A DNA stretch of 64,000 bases. Origin: Octopus sinensis. Taxonomy: Eukaryota. Below the pieces are notes generated by a model. It worked only from the letters and a program-made list of their open reading frames with translations, was not told the DNA's origin and did no database searches. The stretch lies in NCBI RefSeq assembly GCF_006345805.1, contig NC_043000.1, positions 145,576,001 through 145,640,000 on the forward strand. Direction: 5' to 3'. The translations under genes were made by a program, and so were the position numbers. Shown here in pieces: positions 11,418 through 25,687 of the stretch; position 1 is the stretch's first letter; each line of letters starts with the position of its first letter.

Positions 11418-11468
<51 letters not shown>

Positions 11469-14124
11469 CATTCACGGATTTACAATACAGAAGTGTGATG
11501 AAGGATAACCTTTCACCCTACCAGAAGATTATCTGAAGTTCTTCACTATGAAATATTGTTAACCTAGTGTGCGAACAGATAGCTTATGAATTGATAATCT
11601 TTCATTATTTGTTCTATATATATATGTAGGCAAGAAAATAATTTGTCTCGCACATGGGAAAACATAAATGCTATTGAAAAAGCAGTTAGAGTTCTTAATG
11701 ATATAGATGTACATAGTTTTAAATAGTTTCATGATTTCCTGTGTCTCAATACCGTTGTGGAATGGAACGAAGTGTAACTACACCTTATCTCATTTTTTAC
11801 CGCAGTGTGAAATTTTGTTTTTCTACGTTGAAATAATATTTCACGTTGCTCTCAGATGGTCTCGGGACATCCCTAGGATTTGGGTATACATCATGACTTC
11901 GGAGTTTCCGATCCATCTGTGTCCAAGAACGGTACTTGCTCCAAAAGACATGTCTGTGTTAGGTCTGTAAAAACTGGAACAAACATTGTGCAGAATGAAC
12001 AAATATTGTGCAGAACGACATTGTATTAAAATACCGAGACACTACAGTCGATAACTGCGCCAAAATACAAAGGGTTTCTTAATCGAATGAATGTCACGTG
12101 ACAATATGTATAACACTTTTGTTAAAGATTGAAGATTATCAGACGAATTGAAAGTAAAGCAAAAGTTACTCCGTCGTATGCAAGCTACATTAATTTGTAT
12201 GTGCTAAAATTGTCTTTGTTTGGGTATGAGGATGTGAATGACCATAATGTAATATTTTAGAAATTCACTGTCATAGTTATTAGAGAATTTAACTTTTCGA
12301 TGTATTGTACCATTGTGCATGCTATGGGTTAAATTTATATATTCGATTATTGGGTGTAAATGATGTTCTTTTTGTTCTTCGTAATATTTGAATGTCCACT
12401 TATTATCGCTTTTAGAATATGTCTTTCAATTAGTATTCATTTAAATTCTTGGCATCTTTTATCCAGAGTTTCAAAATTCTAAAGATTTTACCATTTTCGT
12501 CTTGCGAAATGAAGTGTTATGTCTTATTTTTATGTTTCGATGGCATGTAATAAACAGTACGTGGTATTTAGAGTATGATAGTTCGTAGCTGATGTCCTTT
12601 TCATTGTTCGTGAATTTATTAAGATTGAAATGTTCAAGACAGTATTCCATTGAGATGTATACTTTGTTTATGCTACGCAACTAATTACAGCTTTCAAATT
12701 ATTAAATTGGTCACGGCCGTAGATCCACCGTCAGAAAAATTGATCCAAGTAGGGTTCCGAGTTGCCTAATAGATTATTTTATCATTTTATTTATTTCAGT
12801 CACTTGACTGCAGTCATGCGGGAAATATGGAATTTAAGCCTATACAGTAGATTAAAGTGTTAATATATTTGGGGATCTGGGTATAGAAAAAATATACTGA
12901 TGACAGACACGCAACAAACATCCCGTCTACTGCTCCAGTTATTTGTAAATGCTAACATTAAACTCAAAATCTTATTTCATTGCATTAATTTTATTTTTTA
13001 ACTAATAAAAGATGAGTCTATTTGATCTGGTATTTTATCGGCTAATAATACAATCATATATACACACACATTTATACATCACCACATATATACGTAGATA
13101 CAAAAGCACTCATTTATACTTGAATTCATGTATGCATAAATATAAATTTTAGTCATTTAACAACCACCCGTAAAACATGCTCTTATTCTTCTGCCAATAT
13201 TTTCAATTTTTCTCTGCGTTTCTATCAAGAAATACAATATTTGTTTTGTTCCTCGCTTTATCCGTTTTTGTTCCCTCATTTATCCGTAAGCATTTCTCTT
13301 CTAACCCAGAGCTCATGACAATTGTCGTCTTGTTTTTCTGCTTCTATTTGAGGTCTTTTACCATCTACTATTGTTTTTACCAGTACTCATAAATTTTACC
13401 AATTCGAAAGATATTTTCATTTTCTCATATGAAATCTAACCATATCAAATATTTTTCTCTTTTATTCTACAATTTAATTGCAGTTTTGAACGTTTTCCGC
13501 TTTGTCTGGAAGACCTAAGCCTGAAAACACACAATTTTCCACTTGCATACAAACAACTAAAAAACTCGACCTAGTTCTCAACAACCACAACATTTCTTCC
13601 ACACATACAATTCATTCTTCAACAACCCCCAATGCACGTTTTCAAAGATCATATCTAAAAATTTCATACATTAATATATCTCCACCCTAACTAAGTTACC
13701 CCCTCACTTCAACACATGCACACTTTTATGCACACTTGCACACATGTTTAACAAATATACGTGCGCTGTTCTATGTTATAAATACCTACTGACGAAGAAG
13801 CACTTTAATACATGCATCTAGACATGCAGCCTCCTCTTATGCACCACCCGTAGAACGCCATTACACAATGTTTTCACGCCTCTCCTTTATCTTGCATCTT
13901 CTGTATTACATTTTTTTATCTTTCACACTATTTTGTATTTTTGGAATAATATTTTTCATCTTTCTGTGCATACACTCATTCTCTCGCTCTCCTTGTGTTT
14001 TTCCGTCTTCTTCACCTCCCCCTCGTTCGCTTTCTTTCTCCCTCTTTCTGTCTCCCTCTCGTTCTATCCCGGTGATACTGTTCGTGTCTCCTCGATGAAA
14101 GACGGACGTGCAAAACATTACAAC

Positions 14125-14183
<59 letters not shown>

Positions 14184-14189
<6 letters not shown>

Positions 14190-15430
14190 GCGTAATATAT
14201 TTGAGGACATATTTAGGTTTATAAAAATGGAGGTATATAATAACAGATAATAACTTTATCTATCAAAAATGCTATGAGTATGAAAATAAGCCTTTTCTAT
14301 AATGTAATTCAATAAAGCAACCTAACCGTCAGCTTCAACAACTGCTTTTGTATGAGGTCTGAATCATCTACATGCTCGAATCAAGTTGTCATGGTTCATT
14401 TTGGACAATACTATCACTATGGCAGCTTTCAAAGAATCCTTGGTGTTATGGGCGTGATCATTTACCTCTCTTGCAACAACGCTCCGCATGTAATAGTCCA
14501 ATGGATGGAGATCGTGGGAATTAGGAGGCCAAATCTTAGGGGTTATGTGATTATGAAAAGTCTCAGCCATCCATCCCTGTGTTACTAGAGCCATGCGTGA
14601 TAGTGTAGAGTCTTACTGAAACACACATGGCTTTCCATTGCATACACTGTCTATCCAGGACTTACCAATTGTTTCCAGGACCTCGATGTCAGTGGCAGGT
14701 TTCAATCTAAGGCCTTCTGGTGAGAAGTAAGGAGACATCACATGTCTTTCATTGCTGACAATCCTTAAAACCGTAACAGTTGCAGGAAATTTAGTATGGA
14801 TAATACTTGCAAATTCAGAAGGGTCTGAACATAACCATCTATCATTTCTTCACTTAACGTTTTGATCTGGTTCGATGTATTTCACTTTTGAGAAAAAAAA
14901 AATCAAATGTTCTGCTGGATTTTTTAGTTTGTTTAAGAGCCTTTTAGATCTAATGTGATTTTCTTTTGTTTTTTTCTGACAAATTGATATTTCCTCATTA
15001 TATAAGACTTATATCTGATGTCTTCGTGGACAACATTTCTGACTGATCTTTCTGAATATTCCTTCAGACATATGGAGGTCTTTTCCAATTGACTGCATGG
15101 ACCTTCTGAGATTGCTGGATAAATTTAGATATTCTGAAGATTTCAGAGCGTTTAGTTTTATGCTTTGATATTGGTGATACGTTTCCATCTTCAGTCTCTA
15201 GCTCCTTACAAACTTTGTTGACGAATGCTCTGGCAAATGTTAAAAGTCGAGATATTTCTAAATCGCCATGCTCAGCCTTTATAATCACAATAACAGCATG
15301 CCTCTTCATTTCTTGAGTAGGCTGAGGATCTGCAATTATTATTTTCTGAAGCAAAGAATATACAGAGTGAGCAAAAAATGCAGCAATGACCCCCCAAAAA
15401 GGCATGTCCTCAAATACCCTACGCGCCCTG
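14184..15430 (-). mobile_element. Tc1/mariner (maT/DD37D-like) DNA transposon, decayed
   Basis: TIRs AGGGTGCGTAATATATTTGAGGACAT / ATGTCCTCAAATACCCTACGCGCCCTG. Transposase pieces MKRHAVIV..HGDLEISRLL and WPPNSHDLHPLDYY. The left end sits in (TA)n. Confidence 0.88.
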
Positions 15431-15879
15431 GTTAATCTGAGTTTGTTAAATTTTTATATATTTGCCCAATTTCTGCTGGTCCGTTATGTTTTCTAGTGTG
15501 ATTGGTGGCTTATTTGAGGTTTTTAGCTCTTATATCTAGCAATCTGGTGCTTCGTGCACATTCTATTATAATTATAATTTTTATTATATAACAAATTAAC
15601 GCTATTATTGCTTGCTGGCCACTAACATTATTGTTGTTGTTATTATCAATTGTTTATATTTACTGCGAATAAAAATAATAATGTTTTCGTTTATTTGCCG
15701 CAAGGGCGAATGATGAGGGGGGGGGCAATACAGAGACAGGCATAAAGTGTGGGGATTTACATATTGTAATGAAATTATTAAAAAAATGAAGATAAGTATA
15801 CACGATATACACTGAAAAAGAAGCCCTTTCCAATTACTTCTCTCCGACTTACAGGGGTACCATTTTTGCAACTTGCACC

Positions 15880-16800
15880 TACCTTTCAATAAACTCGCTA
15901 GAAGACAGCACTTATCTCTCCAATTTCAGTTTCTTTTCCGAGTGAGACTTGAAAATGTCAGTTAGAGCTCTACCAAAGAGGACTGTATCTGTCCTCACCA
16001 AACAACCTCTTTCCTCACAACCACAAGGCAAAAGAAAACTGCCTTGCCTTCCCGACTGAAGGATGGCAACGGTGCGACCATGACTACAGACTCAGCTGAA
16101 AGACGGATCTATCCCAAACGTAACAGCAGCTTTTCAACATAACTTCACAAGACAGCAATGCCCAGACACTAAACGAGGGCGCACAAAACGGTTTCGTCAA
16201 TCTGCGTGCACATCGGACAAGTCCATCTGACAGCACATCCGTGCCTGAAGGGTTTATCTCGAAACATCAGCTCCCCCGGTAACACTACCAGGCCAAGGAC
16301 ATGTGGAACTTGGCTATGATAGTTCCCGACCGGAAAGTCCTCTGTAACAGATTAGCCAGTTCGTTGTCATCAGCGCCCAGAGTCTCGCCGAGAACGTCGT
16401 CGCACTTCCCCGACACTAATCCTCAGTAAATTTCTAAAGAGGAACATCCACCGATGCCATTGCCCAAGTGGTAGAGGGTTGTGAATGCCTGACTACATTC
16501 TAGGTGCCAAGCGTCCAGACTCGGTTTTTCTTTATCCAGGACTTCATCTCCCTCAAGGACACGAACTGCGAAAAGACAAGCTGCACAGCTGGAGCCTACA
16601 CACGTTCACCGTCCACAATTTGTAGCAGGTAGCGTAACCTGAGAACAAGTCTGTACATTAGGAGCCAACGCATACCTAATTCGCCACTCAGAGGATGCTT
16701 GCAAGAATTCACAAAAATCTCGAACCTACAAAAGTAAACAAGAGAGACGGAGATAGGCAGAAACAAGGAACATGCCACTTGCATTTGAACACTCCGCAAA
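15880..16800 (-). mobile_element. Tx1/L1-like LINE, C-terminal ORF2 remnant
   Basis: KHPLSGELGMRWLLMYRLVLRLRYL matches the GGLGMPW region at ~37520. Downstream remnant TCPMC..IDET zinc-knuckle region, homologous to 20050-20300. Confidence 0.62.
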
Positions 16801-16943
16801 TTTTCTTTTAAAAACTTTTCTTTTAATCTTTCCCAAATTTAATTGTTTTCCATACTTACAGTTGAAAAAGTCTCAATCACTGAAACCGGTATTAAAATGT
16901 TTTTTATAAAATTATTTCAGCATTTTCTATCTATACGTATTTT

Positions 16944-16998
<55 letters not shown>

Positions 16999-17164
16999 TA
17001 TGTAATTATAATTAAGGGCCCTGGAGGACTAACGCCAATATGCTAGAGGTAGATGCCAAAGATTTGACATATAGTTTTAGCGTATTGACGTTGTCCTTTC
17101 AGTAACCTTCATTATAATTATATACTTAAACATATATATGTATGTATATTAATGCATGTGTGCG

Positions 17165-17206
<42 letters not shown>

Positions 17207-17471
17207 ATATATATTATATATATATATATATATAATGTACGTTTCTATGCATATGTAAGTATGTATGTATCTATCTATTTATCTCTATCAATCTAGCTAC
17301 GTCTCTCTTTCAATCTCTCTCCCTCTCGTTTGATAAAAGTGATCCGTTAAGCTTAGGTTATTCGCGGATGATGTCTCTTATGACGCACTTAAAATCCTGG
17401 GGTTAAAGTACGAAATTATTAGAGATTGTATTATTCTGAGCATTCCTAGTCTCTCTCTCTCTCTCTCTTTA

Positions 17472-17502
<31 letters not shown>

Positions 17503-18299
17503 GCCTGTGTGTGTGCGTGTGCGTGTTTGCATATATATATATATACTTATATAGATAGACAGCGAGACAGACAGATGCATACGTAGATTCGTAGATAAGT
17601 TTATACTGAGTGGCAAACATGTTCATAGTGAGAGATATTCACGCGCTAAAAACAATTTGTAAGTGCGCATGGTATTTCAAGATAGAAACACCTATTTGGG
17701 ATAAATGACTATACATCCCATAAGTATGGGTCATGAATTATTATTAGAATTAAGCGTAAGTATATATATACACATACATTTAGGTACAGGCTGTGTCATG
17801 TGAATGAAGGAAATTATGTTTTTTGTTGAATCCTATAGTTTTGTTCTGACATCCACACACTAACACACATTTCGTGCGTATAATTTGTGCAACTAATTCT
17901 ATATTGACCAATACGTTTATACCTAAGCTAATCTATTTTCTAATGTCTTCAGGATGTGTTAGTGTGTATACATATTTGTATTAGAGTGTTTCAGTTGTGT
18001 TTAAACATATTCCATGAAAAAATATATATATATATAAAGCAGAAAAAAGAAATTATGAAAATATGACTGAGATATAACGGCAATCACCAAGGGAAATCAC
18101 TTTGCAATAGGATTTATGCCATAAATTTTCTTGAAAAACAGCAAAAATATGTTGCGCTGGTAATAACAATTACAATGAATATGATTATGCGGAAGACGAT
18201 GGTGATGATAATGATGGCTCCGTTGAAACTGACACTATGAATTGAAGGAAAACTAATAACAACAACAACAACAACAAAAGAGGAGAACGACGACGAGAG

Positions 18300-18307
18300 T
18301 GATTAAA

Positions 18308-18360
<53 letters not shown>

Positions 18361-18364
18361 AATG

Positions 18365-18410
<46 letters not shown>

Positions 18411-18745
18411 TAATAATATTAGTAATAATAATAATAATAATAATAATGATAATAATAATAATAATGATGATGATGATGATGATGATGACGACGACGACGA
18501 CGACGACGATGATGATTATGATGATGATGATGATGATGACGGTGATGATGATGTTGATAATGATGATGATGATAATAATAATGAGGATGATGATGATGAT
18601 GATGATGTTGATAATGGTGATGATGATGATAATAATGAGGAGGAGGAGGATGAGAGGAGTGTTTAGAGATTGGGGAGGAGGAGGAGGAGGAGTGAGAGGT
18701 TGGGGAGGAGGAGGAGGAGGAGTGAGAGGTTGGGGAGGAGGAAGA
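18300..18745. repeat. Compound (GAT)n/(AAT)n/(GAC)n/(GAG)n microsatellite with a 30-bp duplicated GGA unit
   Basis: Direct reading. Confidence 0.95.
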
Positions 18746-18754
18746 GGAGTGTTT

Positions 18755-20400
18755 CTTTATTGATCACAAGAGCTTATACAAAACGAGTGCAATATTCTAG
18801 GAAACGAAAAGGGGTTAAACATGTAAACAAAATCTAAACAATTGCAAACAAAGAAATTTTAGCATTTCAACACGGAAGATTTTTCTATTAGATTTGGAAA
18901 AGTCCGAGAGATGCCATGGAAGCTTACAAAAGGAAGGTCACGCTGAACATGAAGTAAGAATCTATTCTTAGTTGTTGTGATTCAGTTCTAAAAGCGCATG
19001 CTCAGAACAGGATCGTTCTGTCAGCGCTTGCAACACAGTCGTTCACCTTTCAGCAAATTGGTTAGATGACATCACTGTCTTCTCCAGCCGCAATTTAAAT
19101 TGAAACCTGAATAAGCTCTCCTCTGCAAGTTTTAATGTTGATGGGTGGTTTTACTAGAGGAACGCGTCATTTCCACAAAATTATAAAAGTTAAGACCTTC
19201 CTAACGGATCATACATTGTCCGGAACAACACATGATCGTTAGAGATAGTTTCATCTTAGCCCATTTCAGAGTATCAAGGTGGTCGGAATTATCCAGTTCT
19301 TGGCCATCTGAAAATCTAGACAGAAATATTTCACGAGAGATTAGCAGATTCTTTGTCCAGCGCATCACCACCTCTCGGACGATAAATATCTGTCTTTTCT
19401 CACTGAAGTTTTCGAGCTGTTTTGTGGTTTTATAAGCGCCTGGTACTTGCTCAGAATTATACCGTCCACCCCTGTATATCTGTTGTCCAACACTGTCACA
19501 GTGACGTCGTCTGTATCGGCTAACACAATTCCCAGCATCTTCGCGCGGTATGCCACACATAATTTATATATCCCGCAGTAGTCGGTCAACAGTCTCTACA
19601 TATAAAAGGGTATAACAGAAAAAGACATGACAGACCGATTCTATGTTTACATGCCATTTCATTTGTCCCTTGTACATATTGGCATTGTAGATCATGCGAT
19701 TCCGTTTCAGTATATTTGACTTAACCTCGAAACGCTATTGGTTTGTACTGGCGGATCAACAGCAGTGATGGTCAAAATTCCAATCCAGGAGTAACCAAGT
19801 AGCCCAACATACCCTGGTTCACCCCATACACCAGACGATCCCCTGACTGTTACAGCTTTTACATTCATTTTCCACATCCAAGGGTCACCATTTTCGAGAA
19901 GGCCCACTCATTCGAGTGAGCCCCGCTACATTCAACCACTTTTCAACAAACACACATGGAAGCAGCACTCAATCAAATCTCAGTTTCCCTTTCAAATGGA
20001 ATTTAACAAAATCAATAAGGATTAGGCCGAAGATAAGTGTTTTGCCTTCAATGTTTGAAGGTCATCCACTACACTACTTGCTTCACCATTACCACCAGAC
20101 AAAAGAAAATTGCTTGCACTCCCCGGCCAAGGGAAAGCGGTGGGCTGATCTTGATAATAGAATCTGTTGTTAGCCAGGTCTGTCCAACACATGACAGTAG
20201 ATTTTTGATATAATTCTACAAGTTATTAGTGGAATACACGGCACCGGTGGTTTCGTTGCTCTGCATGCGTCTATTACGGGTCCGGCTGAGATCAATACCA
20301 CACAGGAGGTTATATACCACACTCTCATTACCAGCTTGTGGTAGTGACAAGTGGGTAAAATTCTTGACATGTAGGCGTGGACGAAATATCCTACTGATCA
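18755..20400 (-). mobile_element. Highly decayed Tx1/L1-like LINE fragments
   Basis: LADTDDVTVTV resembles the AYADDVTV RT motif at ~37060. The 20050-20300 segment (RMQSNET..IFFCLVVMVKQ) parallels 16000-16250. Confidence 0.5.
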
Positions 20401-20899
20401 CACAAAGACTTACGATTCAAATCCCGTAGATAAAAATTACATACGTAAAGTATGGAAAAAGTTAAAAACGCTTTAATCACCAGGTGATGTTGCAATTGAA
20501 AATAACCGTGAAATATGGACCAATGTTATTTTTGATAACATTTAGAATGAACCACGTGTTCCTTCGGGTAAAATGCTGTATAAATAGCGCATAAATAGAG
20601 TTGTTATTCTTCTTGAGGTTCATTCTCTTTCTTGTCTTGGTGTTTCAAAACAACACGTATATTTTCTTATTTGCTGTTAGAGTATTCAGGCTAATTATCA
20701 ATTTCACCGCAATTAATTGTCACAGAATACAAGGAAGACATCCCTGAGTTTTTCAATGCATATATAGGTTACTATGATTCATTCTCACTTCTATGTAACG
20801 CTTTTGAAAAATGCTTTTGTTTGTTTGTTTTCTCTCTCAGATAATGATTATGTTATTATTATAAGCTGAATGTATTTGAATATCCAATACGTAATGTTC

Positions 20900-21846
20900 G
20901 GACTTCTATATTTTCAATTTGTAAAAGTTTTAACAGTATTTTAGAATGTCAAATGACATCAAGTAATATTTATATATATATATATTTCGACAAATTTAAA
21001 CTAATTGAAGTAAATTTTGCAGGATATTCTAATTGAAATTTCATTAATTGTAGTGCTTCAAACATGTAACTTTCTAAGGAGCATTAATGCCTTATGAGTT
21101 TAATAAAGAAATTCTGGTGTGAAGCGACTCGAAATATTCTCTCAGTTTATGGAATGTCTGAATGACAGAACTTGCTGAATATATTTTGCCAAATTTAGAC
21201 CTGGAGAATTTAGCCTTAAAAATGTGACCGAGCAGGACGTCCAATTGAGTTTGATGACAAGCTCCTTCTGTCAGAGCTTGAAAAAGATCATGCATTTTGA
21301 GTTGGAGAATTGACAGGCAAGCGTCGTTCAAGCCATACAACTTTTCACCACCATCTTCAACAGTTTAGTAAGTCCTAAAACTCGGAAAATAGGTGACTCA
21401 CAATTTGTCTGAAGCCAACCACAAATCCCGAGTGGACATCTGCACTTCTCTTAGTTCTCGTGAAATCATCTTGCCCGTTTTAGTCCTTCTTGTGGCTGCT
21501 GATGGAATATGGGTCATTTATCAAAATATTTAGCGTCGGAGACACTGGCTTGGTGAAAGGGAAAATTGCTCAACCGCCTTATTACCTAGACTCTGTTCCT
21601 TGAGATTACTATTTGTTCCGTACTTTACAGAATCATTTGGATGGATTAACTCCGGAAACAACTAAGGGTTTTTTCTCTTCGAAATTATAAGAGTTTTTCA
21701 CTAATGCGATTTAAAATCTTACGAGTGGATGGACATATGTTAAAGATAATCTTGTAAACTATATTGACGATTAAGTTTCATTAAAATATAAAATTTGATA
21801 AGTTGTCGTATCTCAAATATGGGCATTACTCATGTGATGACCTTAT
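20900..21846 (+). mobile_element. Mariner (DD34D) transposon remnant
   Basis: Frameshifted pieces CLNDRTC..FAKFRPGEFSL..RAGRP, GK*VTHNLS (WVPHEL) and DYYLFRTLQNHLDG (after YSPDL). Confidence 0.78.
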
Positions 21847-22323
21847 ACATAGTATTGATGTAAATATGTGTGCAGGAGTTTTAATTTTAGCTCCAACAAA
21901 TTTTTATCACTATTTCAATTTGGCAATGCTCATATGTATTTTTGTTATGATTGTTAAGAATAATTCAATGCCTGTTGATGCTGAGACCATAGTTGATAAA
22001 AAACCCATTTTCTTCTTTGTTTACTGTGTTCATTTTCTTTTGATTTTAATAATCATGTACTTGCAGTCTTCGTTTTCACGTTTCTTTCCATTGTAAGTGG
22101 GGTTTTAGCTGATAGTGTAGGCCAATAATAAATAAATATAACTAATCAAAAAACAAGCACTATTTCTGGTTTGAACTCTATATGGGAAAAGTTGTGTACG
22201 TTTTGTCCAAAAGATTCCCTGAGAAAAATAAACTGTACAGAATAGTATTCCATCCATTTTGTACGTTATAAACCATGGTCTTTTTAAGAGACATTTAAAA
22301 ATAAGCCAGGACAAATAACCATT

Positions 22324-22457
22324 GAAGAAGAAGAAGAAGAAGAAGAAGAAGAAGAAGAAGGAGAAGAAGAAGAAGAAGAAGAAGAAGAAGAAGAAGAAGA
22401 AGAAGAAGAAGAAGAAGAAGAAGAAGAAGAAGAAGAAGAAGAAGACGAAGAAGAAGA
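22324..22457. repeat. (GAA)n microsatellite
   Basis: Direct reading, about 44 units. Confidence 0.97.
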
Positions 22458-23023
22458 TTAGTGGCAAATAAAAACACTAAAAATGGCGTGGCATATATGC
22501 TTTAAAAAACACATCAAAATAATGCTAGTTATAATTGGTTATGCTTTGCAAATGTTTATACTTAAATAAAAATGCGGAGGAAATCAACTATATAATATCA
22601 GGAAATTAAAGGCTAATTCGATCTACTACGAGAATAAAAAATGAAGAAATATGTCACTTATTTCTATTTAAAAATTGTCTCATTACACCAGCATCAAAGT
22701 TGAATATGAAAAGTTTTTGAACTTCATGCTTATCTAATAATGATAGCGATATACGTGTGTCGCATGTTATTAACAATAGGAACATTGTGTCACATTTTAC
22801 AGTCAATATCCGTTTCCGGCCTAAACGATTCTTCCCTTCTTTTTAATTATATTTGTATTCTTATTGTTATTATTATTATCGTTATAATCATTATCATTAT
22901 TCTTGTGTTTATTATTATTATCAGCAGTAGTAGTAGTAGTAGTAGTAGTAATTCTTGTAATGTACCTTTCATCTGGCATTTGCAAATGCAAGACATCATC
23001 AACATCAGCATCGTCATCATCAG

Positions 23024-23074
<51 letters not shown>

Positions 23075-23407
23075 CATTATTATTACTATTATTATTATTA
23101 TTATTGTTGTTGTTGTTGTTGTTTTTGTTATGCTTTTTCTTTACGCATTATAGTTATAATATATTGATTCTTGTTTTTTTTCTTCTCTTTAACTATCAAA
23201 CTTTCACAAAGAGCATCAGAAAGTTTTCTTTCTAAGAATATTATCTGATCCAATGAGGACAGATGGTTGAAGCATGTCAGTATCTGTCTTTATGCCTAAC
23301 CAGTTCAATCTTTCTAATTGATTATAATACACCGATGATAATGAATTTAGCTTTCAAATCATTTCAATCCATATAACCCTTTATTCCTAATTACTTTACT
23401 TTTAATT

Positions 23408-23820
23408 ACTCTCTTTTTACTCTTTTACTTGTTTCAGTCATTTGACTGCGACCATGCTGGAGCACCGCCTTTTAGTCGAGAAAATCGACCCCGGGACTTA
23501 TTCTTTGTAAGCCCAGTACTTATTCTATCGGTCTCTTTTGCCGAACCGCTAAGTGACCGGGACGTAAACACACCAGCATCGGTTGTCAAGCAATGCTAGG
23601 CGGACAAACACAGACACACAAACATATACACACACACTTATATATATATACATATATACGACAGGCTTCTTTCAGTTTCCGTCTACCAAATCCACTCACA
23701 AGGCATTGGTCGGCCCGGGGCTATAGCAGAAGACACTTGCCCAAGATGCCACGCAATGGGACTGAACCCGGAAACATGTGGCTGGTTAGCAAGCTACTTA
23801 CCACACAGCCACTCTTGCGT
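23408..23820 (-). mobile_element. tRNA-derived SINE (family B, CORE-like)
   Basis: Minus-strand head with A-box TGGCTGTGTGG and B-box GGGTTCAGTCCC, then TTGGGCAAGTGTCTT, an internal (CA/TA) tract and an AGTAAAAG tail. Homologous to 50957-51332 and 63291-63680. Confidence 0.9.
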
Positions 23821-24041
23821 ATATTGAGTATATTTAGAGATCTTTTCTTCATGGCTAACATTCTACCAAGGTTTAATGCAATTTTTCAAGTAACATTTGG
23901 AAGATGATATTGCGGGGCGTAGATACATGAGCCTAGAGCGACTGCCCACCCCCCATGAAAATTCTTACAATTTTGGTGTGTTGCGGAATTAACAAGAGTG
24001 AATGTGTCTAATCTCTGCGCCTGTAATTTGGGGAATACCGA

Positions 24042-24276
24042 TTTCTTTATTACCCACAAGGGGCTAAACACAGAGGGGACAAACAAGGACAAGGACAGAC
24101 ATAGGTATCAAGTCGATCACATCGACCCCAGTGCGTAACTGGTACTTAATTTATCGACCCCGAAAGGATGAAAGACAAAGTCGACCTCGGCGGATTTGAA
24201 CTCACAACGTAACGCAGACGAAATACCGCTAAGCATTTCGGCCGGCATGCTAACGTTTCTGCCAGCTCGCCGCCTT
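24042..24276 (-). mobile_element. tRNA-derived SINE (family A), well preserved
   Basis: Minus strand AAGGCGGCGAGCTGGCAGAAACGTTAGC..GAGTTCAAATCCGCCGAGGTCGACTTTG.CTTTCATCCTTTCGGGGTCGATAAA. Confidence 0.9.
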
Positions 24277-24582
24277 GGGGAATACCGTGGGATGATAATG
24301 CTTACGTTTCATCGACAGGAAGACCTTGGATTTCCAAAGTTACTTGATAGATACTTCCTGAAGCTTTCTCAGGATAATGAGAACAGTATAATCAATTATT
24401 CACATATATTTTTTTTAATTTCTTTTGTAATTGTCTTCATCTGATCTCTGTCTAAACACACATTCTGGAATTTGTCTCCCCATCCCTTTTTCTTGATGCA
24501 CTTGAATCAAAGAAAAGAAATCCATCTCGCCCCTCTCCCTCCTCATCCTCATCCCTTTCTTCTTCTTCTTCCTCATCTTCTA

Positions 24583-25650
24583 TTAGTCTTGGTGATCCAC
24601 ATCTTGCCAATTTGTATTTCAAGATCTTTACATTTACTCAGCTTTTGGTAGGTCTTGACAGATACATATATGTCAATTGGGACAGTCATATCGATGAGTA
24701 GGCATGATTTTTCTCTGAAAATTCTTCAATATAATGTATGGCCTATTTGCATCTATCTTTCAATCAGTTTGAACAGTAAGGTTTCAAAGGAGTTAGATGT
24801 GATCATTTTCAAGCACTGACGGTGGTTTGTGTTCCTACCGGTGTTCAGCATGGAGCAGGTCCAAGTCCTTCCAAATCACCCTGAGAATATATTGTGCCGC
24901 TCTATCATACCTGTTGAGATACTCTATGAGTAGAAGAAGGCTGCACATGGAGACAATATGATCGATGGTTTCCGCCTGTTGTTTACATACGCAACATAAT
25001 AAGCTACTACCGTTCTTTAAGATGTTGACCTAGTAGCTACCTGTAGGTAGGCATTGATCATTGGCTAATAAAATACACCCTGCTGCCTCTGATTTTAAGC
25101 CAGAAAAAGCAAATCATTGATGGGTAAGAGCTTTGTCAACATCACCATTATTATCTGTCTTTGGGTATTTGCCATTGAGAGGAATTTCTTGTCATTTATC
25201 AGTGAGAATATCTAATAGCTTTGGCAAATGTTTTCATACGCTTAGCTTTATCTGTGCTTGTTTCCAGTACATATAATTATGGACGACTTGCTTTTGTACC
25301 TTAAGACAAGTTTTATTGTCTGTTCATCAGTATTTTTCAGATAAATGCTTAGGCCAACTGTGACAATGTTCAGTGTCAGTTTATGTTGTAAGACTCCGCG
25401 GCCAACCACTTTTCTTGTCAAGTGAAGTCGTTCTACATTTGCTTTAGGATGGTAGATTCTGTTCATTGTCAAAAGTTTTCGAATGTTTCTATCAAGCTTA
25501 CAGATTTCCGTTGACTAGTTAAAACTATTGAAAATGTAAGTCACGTCCGGTATGATTAAAGTATTAATCACCACGATTTCTTGCGTTTAGCTCTGTCTTG
25601 CGATACTTTCTTGCCATTACACTGCAATAACATTTTTTTCTGATCTTTTA
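24583..25650 (-). mobile_element. R4/Dong-like LINE, decayed thumb-CCHC-RLE segment
   Basis: MNRIYHPKANVERLHLTRKVVGRG, then CCVCKQQAETIDHIVSMC and IDANRPYII. Homologous to 31931-33230. Confidence 0.85.
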
Positions 25651-25687
25651 CCTTATCACTGTAGTTAATTTGAGTTAAACAGCAATT

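Larger units (their letters stand above)
6366..11422 (-). mobile_element. Penelope-like retroelement, 5'-truncated with inverted pLTR, inserted in (TA)n
   Basis: RT+GIY-YIG ORF. Inverted repeat 6366-6696 / 10923-11253. Hammerhead cores in both repeats. (TA)n on both flanks. Confidence 0.92.

Noticed and set aside
13785-13860. CTGACGAAG as a hammerhead core
   Set aside because: No paired stem II or downstream GAAA.
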